Shown piece after piece: positions 33,004-64,000 of a stretch of DNA of 64,000 nucleotides. A model generated the notes under the pieces. It was not told where the DNA came from. It saw only the letters and a program-made list of their open reading frames with translations, and ran no database searches. The stretch's first letter is position 1, and every line of letters begins with the position of its first letter. The position numbers and the translations under genes are program-made. The DNA comes from Octopus vulgaris (lineage: Eukaryota). The stretch covers positions 59,892,001 to 59,956,000 of the forward strand of contig OX597822.1 in the NCBI GenBank assembly GCA_951406725.2. The letters are read 5' to 3'.

Positions 33004-34430
33004 TTAAATAATTTCACGTAAACTTGAATTGTTTACAGATTTACGATTTTCTTTTCTCAGATCTCGAATAGATACTTTAGAACTGGAGCTTTTATCTGCA
33101 TCAGTTAAAGATTTGGTTGTACTTTCAAGATCATCATCTACAAAAGAAATTAAGTTTTCAAAGTTCTTATAATATAAATGTAAATTCGTTCGCCCTTTGC
33201 ATACAGGTTACTCTGTCAAATGTAATGTTTATTCATATTGTTTTGAATTAATCATGTATTATATTGTAGCTTAAAGGCATCGCTGATATGATTATTTATT
33301 TTTAAAGGGACAGTGTAGGATAAGTGTAGCAGGCCAAATTTGGTCACTTTGAATATAAAAGACGTAGAATATTATGGATGCTTTAAATGCTAAAGGGTTG
33401 ATTTTCTTACCATCAGAAGCAAAAACAGTGAACATATTCCAGTACGTAAATAGCATGAACAATTTGTCTCAGCAAATTGCACAATTTATCTAAAAGTAAA
33501 CTTCATGGGCAAAGTTAATATTTTCTAAGTCATGCTAAATCTATATATATACTACTAAAGTTCAGTGATCGCTTGCTTGCGTTCTTGTCTGTAATTTAAT
33601 ACAGCTAAACCAGCACATAATTGGAAAGTATTCTGAAGGTAACGATACCCCGAAAAGTGAATACAAACGGTATAAAACAGGTTTCATGTAAATTGAACCC
33701 CGAATTTCCGAGATATGCGGGTGTTTTGGGGGTGGGGGAGGGGAGGGTACCTCCATAAATAACCTGAAAGGCATATAATGGAAAAATACTTCAAAAGCAA
33801 CATAACCCTGAAATGGGGACATATAATACTGTATAAACTTTTTCCATTAATTTTATGTTTATATAACAATTCCTTTTGCACTCTTGTAGAAGTGAGCACA
33901 TATACCATAAACAAATGTTGTTACTGGAGTTCAAGTTTATCCCAGAAATTCTATTTCTACTAGGTGTTGTAAATAATCAATAAAACCTAAAACATGAACT
34001 TATAAACCAGACCTATGATGACACGGATGAATTGGAACATTTAACTGAATCATCATAAAATTAACTTTCATTTCAATGCAATGTTGAAATCAGCTTCAAT
34101 GTTTTATAACCTGAACTATCAGTGACCCAACAGGTCATGGGTAGTCTCGTACTAAATAAAAATGAAGACATCAGAATATAACTAGTCAGATTTAATCAAA
34201 GATGAAATGGTTAACCTGTGGTCATTGGTACATAAAATTTTCAGGTCTAACTTATTTTGCATGTTGATGATTCTAATAATAATCTTGGTCTCCATGGCTC
34301 CTTATTTCTTCCCTTTCATCTATGTTTACACAAAAGTGAAAACTGGGATACAGAATTGCAGATGTACTAAACAAAGCATCCATTAAATGAGAGACAAGTG
34401 TACAATGAGACCCCTCTGTTGTAGCTTTAT
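33004..34430 (-). pseudogene. Possible decayed 3' exons of a convergent neighbouring gene
   Basis: Three AG-preceded minus-strand segments (34430-34216, ~34151-34012, 33137-33004); the last is open (DDLESTTKSLTDADKSSSSKVSIRDLRKENRKSVNNSSLREII*), the others have stops or frameshifts; no recognisable domain. Confidence 0.25.
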
Positions 34431-34978
34431 CTGCAATAAATAAATCTTCTTTAAATCATATATTAAACTTGAAATCATGAAAAATGATTAAGTTGGGTTC
34501 ATCTCTATGACCAAGGTAATACAAAATGAATAAAGCTGTGCAGCCAAACAATACACGACAGAGAAATAAACCAACATATCTTTTACTTGTTTCAGTCATT
34601 CGACTAAGCCCATTTTGGTGCACTGCTTTGATGGGTTTAGTCAAACAAATCGTTTCTAGTATGTTTTACTGGTCTTTTGCCTAACTGCTAAGTTACAGGG
34701 ATGTAAAGAAACCATCAGGGGTTGTCAGACAGTGCTAGGGTTGGAGTATATGAACAAAGACAGATAAACATATATTGACGAAAAATATAGAAATAAAACT
34801 GAATAATGATACACACACACACACATATGTACACTCACAGAGACATACATACATACATACATACATACATACATACATACATACATACATACATACATAC
34901 ATACATACATACATACATACATACATACATACATACGTACATACATACATACATACATACATACATACACATAGGTAG

Positions 34979-35052
<74 letters not shown>

Positions 35053-35076
35053 TGATAGATAGGTAGAAAGCTAGGC

Positions 35077-35159
<83 letters not shown>

Positions 35160-35160
35160 A

Positions 35161-37784
35161 AGATATGTCTCTTTATTAGCCACACAGGGCTGCACACAGA
35201 CAGGACAAATTACAAGGTAGAGATTTTCTTTTGGGGGTAAAAAAGGGGGTTTGGTTTTCGATCAAAAGGGATCGTAAAAGGAAAGAAAGAGGACAAAAAA
35301 GGGGGGAAATTGATCAATAGGGATCGTTATCACAGAAATATCAATATAGAGTGCACAGGGGAGGACAGGTGAGGTTTACCCGTGGAAAGAAAAGCCTACG
35401 GAAAAGACCACGGTAACCTCGGTCAATAAAGTCACATGTTATATTTTTCTTTTTTTTACTAATAAGCAACTCTCTGTATTAATTTTTACGGTTCATAGGA
35501 TCATAGTCAAGGTGGCTTCGTCATTCATACTTTCCATCCTTGCTACATTCACCCATCTTTTTTTAAAACATTCACTAGACAAAACTTGCCTCTCTACTCT
35601 CACTTTCCTCTTCAAGTGATACTTGAAAAAGTTGATGAGACATTGACCAGAGAGGAAAGTGTTTGTCTCTAATCCTTTCAGGCGCGTCCACCAAATACAT
35701 TCTTTCGTCATAGCCACAAGTATGGTAGAAATAGCTCTTCCTTCCCGTTTGAAGGAAGGAGGCGTGACGATATTAACGGTAGACTCGGCTGATACACCGA
35801 CACGTCCCACACGTGACAGCAGGCGTTCGACATAAGCCCACAGGTCGGAGATTGTTGGACACTGCACGATTGCGTGCAGAACGGTTTCGTCGCTCTGTCC
35901 GCATGTCGGGAAGGTCGGCCCCGTGTTTCTCGAGCCATGCCTATAGAGCTTATCCCGAACGGATAGCGCTTCTCGGTAGCACTGCCAGGCCAGGGATCTC
36001 TGGAAGTTGTCCATAGGTCCCGGCCCGAAAGTCGTTTGAAACAGGCGGGTCAGGTATTCCTCGTCGACGCCCAGGTTTGCCCCAAGATCGTCGTCGTACC
36101 TCCCCTCCACTTATCCCCTATAGAATGCTTTGCTTGTGTTGAAGTCACTCAAGGTCGACCCGGGACGGCAGAGTTGCTTGAGAGCAACGCGACACTCGCG
36201 GTGCCATTCGCCCTTCCTCGGCCTCTTTTTGATCCACGACTGCAGTTCGGTCATGGAGACGAGCTGCGGGAACGCGTGCCTCACAAACGGCGACCACACC
36301 TGTTCACCGTTGTCTACATAGAGCCGGAGATGTCGCAGTCACAGTGCGTGTCTGCGCATCATCAACCACGGCATGCCCAGTCCTCCTTTTAACGGGTGTT
36401 GACAGCAAATGGATCGCCTGACCATCGGGACGCATCCTTTCCACAAGAAACGGAAGAGAATGCGTTCTAGTTTGATGATGGCAGGGTCGGGACGAGGTAC
36501 GACGGTCAGGCGGTAGTAGATGATGGACGCGATGTACGCGTTCGCCACCTCCGCCCGACCTTTTAGGGGCAGTTTCCTCTCGGCCCATTGCTGGGAGAGT
36601 GACCACCCTACTCGTTATCTCGTTCCAGTTCTTCTCCATTTGGAGGTCCGGACCGAACCAGACCCCGAGCAACTCAACCGGACCGTCCGTCCAGCCTCCC
36701 ACGATGGAGGTACTGGTGGATGGCATGGGCTTGCTTCTCCAGGTGCCGAGCCGCAAGCCCACTGACTTTTCCCGGTTGATTTTTGCTACTGTCACTGCTT
36801 CGTAGTCTTTCAGTGTCTCGCCGACCAGCTCGATGTGCTCGTGGCTAGACTCTATGACGGTGACGTCGTCCGCGTATGCAGACACGCTTGTCCCGCATCC
36901 CAATTCTCGCGGGATGCCCATTAGAGTCGCCAGCTTCCGCGACGAGAGGGGGCATCCCTGACGGACCGAACGTGCAATGTCGAAAGGTCTCGATAGATGT
37001 CCATTTACGCGAATTACCGAACGGATGCCTCTGTACAAGGCAGCTATCCAGCCGCGGAAGACGGGACCGAAACCAGCCGCTCTCAGGACTGCCTCCAAGT
37101 ATCGATGGTCTACCCCTATCGAAGACTTTCGATTGATCCAAATTGATCAGGGCCCCACCCATGCCAGGTTCCTTAACTACTCTGTCTATGATGTAGCGCA
37201 TCAGATGGAGGTTGTCATGGATGCTCCGGCCCGGCACGGCGCACGTTTGTGCCTTGTCGACCAGTTTCTCGATGACAAGCGCCAACCTCTTGGCTAACAC
37301 CTTTGTCAAAATTTTCAGGTCTGCATTGAGTAGGGTGATTGGTCTAAAGTTATCTATAATGTTTCCCTTGTTTGGATCTTTCTTCAGCAGCGTTACAGCT
37401 CCTCGACTCACAAAACCGGGTATGCTCCCGTTTTGCTGCCAGTTGCAGTATACCGCTGTCAAGACGTCTCCAAACAAGTCTGGCATACAATTGTAAAACT
37501 CGTAGGGCAGACCATTCAAACTCGGCGATTTGTCTCTCGAGCATTCTGCTATTGCGTCCCGCACATCCGCCGCCGTGATGGCACCCTCGCAGCACTCTGC
37601 CTCTCTTGCCGAGAGTCGTGGTAGGCTGTGCAGGTAGGCACTGAAGTCCACCCTGCGTTCACGCTCGCCACTCGTCCCGTACAGTCGGGCAAAGTGCCGC
37701 TGAAATGCCTCGCACATTTTGCTGGGCTCGAGCAATTCGCGCTCTTATTCATCTACCAGAGACCGAATGGTGGCTTTGTTGTTC
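35161..37784 (-). mobile_element. Tx1-like LINE copy D, 5'-truncated (RT to 3' UTR), between (GATA)n arrays
   Basis: Highly similar to 1685-4420; RT motifs and YADD; GATA arrays at 34975-35160 and 37785-37907. Confidence 0.92.
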
Positions 37785-37785
37785 T

Positions 37786-37908
<123 letters not shown>

Positions 37909-38271
37909 TGTGCTGAAAGTAATTTGCTAAAATTTAACAAGAGAAATCAAATACTTATTCAAATGTTTTCCTAAAAGGAATTTAAAGAACGGCGATTGAT
38001 AACTTTTTTCCATTCCTCAATAAACTTATTTGATGAAATAAATATAAGACACTTGAATTTTTTTATATTTTTATAAGTTTTAACTTAATGTCTATAACAA
38101 CTGTGTTAAGAAATATATCTGCATGTATCTGTATACATGCATACACCCACATACATATATATATATATAGACATACGACGGGCTTCTTTCAGTTCCCTCT
38201 TCCGCTTACATAAACACACCGACACCGGTGGCGGGGGACAAACAAACACAAAGACACACACACAACATAGA

Positions 38272-38299
<28 letters not shown>

Positions 38300-38314
<15 letters not shown>

Positions 38315-38480
38315 GACAGGCTTCTTTAAGTTTCCGTCAACCAAATCCACTCAAGAAGTTTTTTGATCGGTTCGAACCTATAGTCAAAAAACACTTTCTC
38401 AAGGTCTCATTCAGTGGAACTGAACCCACAACCATGTGACTGGGAAGCAAGCTTCTCCCACACAGCCATGCCTGCGCCTA
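38300..38480 (-). mobile_element. tRNA-derived SINE-like repeat
   Basis: Minus strand ggcgcaggcatggctgtgtgg...gggttcagttcca (box A/B-like); related decayed copies at ~12145-12300 and ~45315-45470. Confidence 0.6.
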
Positions 38481-40774
38481 TTTAAGTCTAATTTACGTAC
38501 GTTGGTTAAAATCTATAAGGTTGCTTCTTTGTCAATTCATAACATAAAAATTGAACACTGCTAACACCTCATTAATTCATTAGTACAACTAGTTTCCAAG
38601 AATGTGTCATGTATGTACATTGGCGTATCCGAATTAATAAAACTCTTGATAATACTACCTATGTGTATCACCGTTGAAGATTGGAGAACAAAAGCTGCTG
38701 ATGAAATCTCAAAACTGGTCCAGCGAATCCCATTTCATCCACAGCATGGTTGTTTAAAATGACAGTCGTTTACGATTGTCCAGTTCATTTCACTATATCT
38801 CATTTACGCACAGGACCGGCTCGAGAATTTTTTTTTCCGCACGAGAGTCCCGGACCCCAGTAATGAACTCATTTGCATAGTCAATCAGAGCTCGCCTTCA
38901 CCTTGTTGTCAAAATCAAGTGCTGAGGATGGAAGTGACCCAATAATCAATGGGCTAAACAAAGCTTTATTTGCTTTACCAAGACAAAGAATTCCTTGGGG
39001 GACCAGTGAAAAGAATTTCTCCATGCAACTTGTGGAACTAACTTCCTAGCCTCGCTGCTTTGACCGGTGCTCCGGTGTGGCACATGGTCTTGGCAAGAAA
39101 AAATTTTATCGGATTCAGTTAGATATGGTAAAGATGTGGATGGGAAAAATGTGGACAGAGTGTGATGTGCTTGTAATTCTCTCCCCTTACTATTTTACAA
39201 AGTAAACAACAGTACAAATAACTACGCAGAAGCAGCCATTGTTGAAACAAGAGCACTACTACTACTAGAAATAATAATAGTATTTATTTTATTCGCCAAA
39301 AGTTCGAAGGATAAGGGTTTAGATGAATCCACAACCATGATACCAACACCATCTAAACATGATTCCCTTCAGAAGGCTGTAATATCATTTGACAGAAACA
39401 CGGTTAAAGAATACATATGAAACAAGGTTGTAACTTTAACTGTCTTTAATGCCGGCCACGCGTATATATACAACTGAATGACAAATGGAAATGGCTGATG
39501 CGTGGAGACCATGATCTTCTTCTGTGCGTTACCTCCTGTCTGCTAGATGGTATATGGTGTCAGAGAGCCGACTACATCACGTCTTTACGATCTGACGCCT
39601 TGCCGAGAAAAGGAGAGGGTTGTAAGGCCTCGTATCAGAATCTCACACTCTAGCGACATCTAGCGAGCTTGTTTAAACCTGCTATCAAGGGAGGGAACTG
39701 CGCCTACAAGTATACATTACAAGTATAGATTATAAAAATGTATAAATTATAAAAGTATAAATTATAAAAATATGCATTACAAGTATAAATTATAAAAATG
39801 GTGATCAGGGTTTGCAGAATCGATTTTGGAAAAAAAAAAAAGTAAGCATGGAAAACAATAGTTTAAAGAAGAAAAAACATGTAATCAAGTGATTAGTCAA
39901 ACATCTGGGACCAATGAAGGAATCGCAAGGCCCTAAGAATATCCTGACAGTAACAAGCAAGTTCTTTCTCTACCAGTGGGTTTCCTTTAACCATAAGAAC
40001 AAGTTGAGAATTTGCCCATTTAATTGGGCCATTCTCGGCTCTCTAACCTACTTTTTAGCAAACTTTCTGGTGTGTAGTGTATCGTTCTCCGTATCTTCTC
40101 CTCCAAGTAGTAATTGAAAAAGTTGATGTGGGTTTTGCCAAAAAAGAAAGTGTCTGCGCCATTTTCAATCTTGTCAGGATAGAATCTCTTTTACCACAAC
40201 TACTTAGCAGAGGAGAACTTCCTACCCTTCCCAAATAAAATAATCAAGCATTATTGACTTACAGTGAAGTTAGGAATGCTCGGACACAGAACTGGTTTGC
40301 AGAATGGTTTCGTCGCTCTGGGCACATACTAGTCAGGCTTTGTTAGAAACACTTCTGTACTTTATTCTGACCCGGTACAACTTAGCCGGAGATCTAAAAA
40401 TGTTGGCCATTGTTTTGTAATCAAAATTCTCCGTAATAAACTATTCAACAACAACAACAACAAAATAAATATTATGTTATTGTTTGTCTGATTTCTATTT
40501 ATCTTTTAGTCTTTATATTTACTCTATAAGTGTACGTTCATTTTGTTTACATTAAAACAATAAAACTCCTTTACATTTTCAAATTACTTTGTTACTAGAC
40601 TTTACAACAGAAAAATTTCTTTTCAGTCATTTACATTCTTCACCTTCATCCGTGCTTTTGTAATTGTTGTTGTCGTTGTCAACGTGTCTGTTAGAGGTGA
40701 TATGCTTTTTCTCTCTATCCCCTCCTTTTTCTCTCCATCATCTCCTTATCCTTATTCTTACCAATATGGTACCT

Positions 40775-40975
40775 GATTGGTACGATTAGAAAAACAAATA
40801 TCTAGAGATCCCTTTTCATTGGTCATCTTGCGCAACATTCAAACCCGTGCAATTGTGTGTAAACTTTGGCATACGCTATTGTTCCCACTGACCATATCCT
40901 ATAAATACTGGGCTTTCTCGCGTTGCCTACCAGAATTGCCTTGTTTGTTCACCGGACTTATTCAAAGAATTCAGT
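40775..40975 (+). promoter_or_regulatory. Putative promoter of paralog 2 (TATAAATA at 40900-40907)
   Basis: Conserved with 11195-11400; upstream of the signal-peptide exon. Confidence 0.5.
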
Positions 40976-41131
40976 GAGGTCATTTCTGCACCGGAGCTCC
41001 CTGTGAGTTTAAGTCGCTGTTCAATACGTCGACTAACGTCGCCTTTGCAAGGACGAGGGGACTAGTGATAATTATACATACACTGTATATATCTAAAAGC
41101 TCATAAGACAATTCTTAATAAGGCAATCAGC

Positions 41132-62714
<21,583 letters not shown>

Positions 62715-63048
62715 ACAAGGAAACAGAATTTCTATTATTCCAAATAATTTCCCCTGTAGTATGAGAATATGAAGAATCCATTCTACCATATGATAATGAC
62801 GGTTTTAATTTGCACATATACTAATGAATATTGGTTTTCTGCAACGATTATTTTCTCTCTAAACATACATATATATGTTTCATCTTTAATGTATTAATAT
62901 TCCTGTCTAATTCATATGCTTTATCCTGTGCTTCTTTGCCACAATTCTTCTGGAAGCGTTTGCAACCAAATTTATGCACTACATATCCAATAAATGAAAC
63001 AACAGAACCCATTTCAGATTAGATGAATTAATATTGCTATGAAAATGA

Positions 63049-63054
63049 AATAAA
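63049..63054 (+). terminator. Candidate polyadenylation signal AATAAA, paralog 2
   Basis: Homologous to 31800-31805; downstream GT-rich tract. Confidence 0.4.
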
Positions 63055-64000
63055 CAAATTACCAGGCTAATTTTAACAGTATGTCTTTGTGTTTCTTGCT
63101 TTTTTGCCTTTATTTATCTTTACATATTTTCCCATCCTTTCCAATCAAGTTTTCTTTGTAGTTTCTTCAGACATGTCACTGTCACATAAATATCAGAACC
63201 AGTGCTGAGATCACACGATAATAGGCATTTTGAACACAGTTACTCTATATTTTTTCTGAATAAACTTTAATATACTATACAGACAGATTTAAATATATAA
63301 GCAGTTATGATTTTGCATCCTCCACCATACAATTAATTTACAACATAGAAGCTCCCACTGTTAGGCACTAAATCTTTCTCAAATTACTTTATTCAATACG
63401 TAAAAACGCTTACTGAACAATGCAGTCTAGTCTTAGATATGCATTGTCTTAACAAAGAAATTGTCAAGTGTAGCTGGAATGTTTTTAGTTATAGGTCTGC
63501 TAGATAAGGACTGACTTGAGGTTACATAACCACAACAGGACAATTTGCTTATGAGGAAGCTTTTGCTGTTCGTTGTGTTGTACGTTTTTTGTAAAGGTCA
63601 GTAGTTACCATGTTGATAACTGTCTATAAAATGTAAAAATCTGTTATCATTGTGTCGCAGCAGTTGATCAATTGCACATTATAAGATAGAATCATTAGTA
63701 GTGATACAATTTCTGTAAGAGACATTACCAGCTGGAAAACAAGCTTTTAAATGGATAACAACATGTTTCAGGAAAACTTTCCTAAAGCTGGTACCTTGGA
63801 GAATTTACCACTGTTGGCACCAGGATATAGACAGTCTGATTATTTTTTATGACAAAAATTCAAAAAGTGTAGTGATATTCTATTTCAAAAAGTGTAGTGA
63901 AATTAATTCAAATTAATGTTTTTCCAGCTTCCATTGATCACTCGGTCGATTGATTACTGGATTGATGAATGAATGGATGGAGAGAGGGGTACGTGATTGG

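Noticed and set aside
40250-40410. Short similarity to the Tx1-like ORF2 C-terminus at the left edge of duplication unit 2
   Set aside because: Too short and degenerate to annotate or to claim as the duplication breakpoint mechanism

Overview
Repeat-rich, AT-rich eukaryotic (animal) genomic DNA; the SINE, microsatellite and transposon complement resembles Octopus/cephalopod DNA (inference from recall). The core of the window is a diverged tandem duplication (about 10.8-32.7 kb and 40.4 kb to beyond the window end). Each unit carries a 10-coding-exon + strand gene that I assembled by hand from GT-AG boundaries and exon phases. The predicted protein is signal peptide - Notch-ligand N-terminal C2/MNNL domain - DSL domain - EGF repeats - short linker micro-exon - C-terminal chitin-binding type-2 (CBM14/peritrophin-A) domain - stop, with no transmembrane helix, intracellular tail or DOS motif: apparently a secreted, chitin-binding Delta-like protein. 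Copy 2 is intact (763 aa, 13 EGFs). Copy 1 has a 219-bp two-EGF unit amplified to 7 near-identical copies (25 EGFs) and two 1-bp frameshifts in A-runs. The rest of the window contains Tx1-like LINEs bounded by (GATA)n arrays, a mariner and a hAT MITE nested in a decayed Mutator-like element, Penelope-like fragments with minimal hammerhead ribozyme motifs, an RTE-like LINE fragment, MITEs, SINEs and microsatellites.
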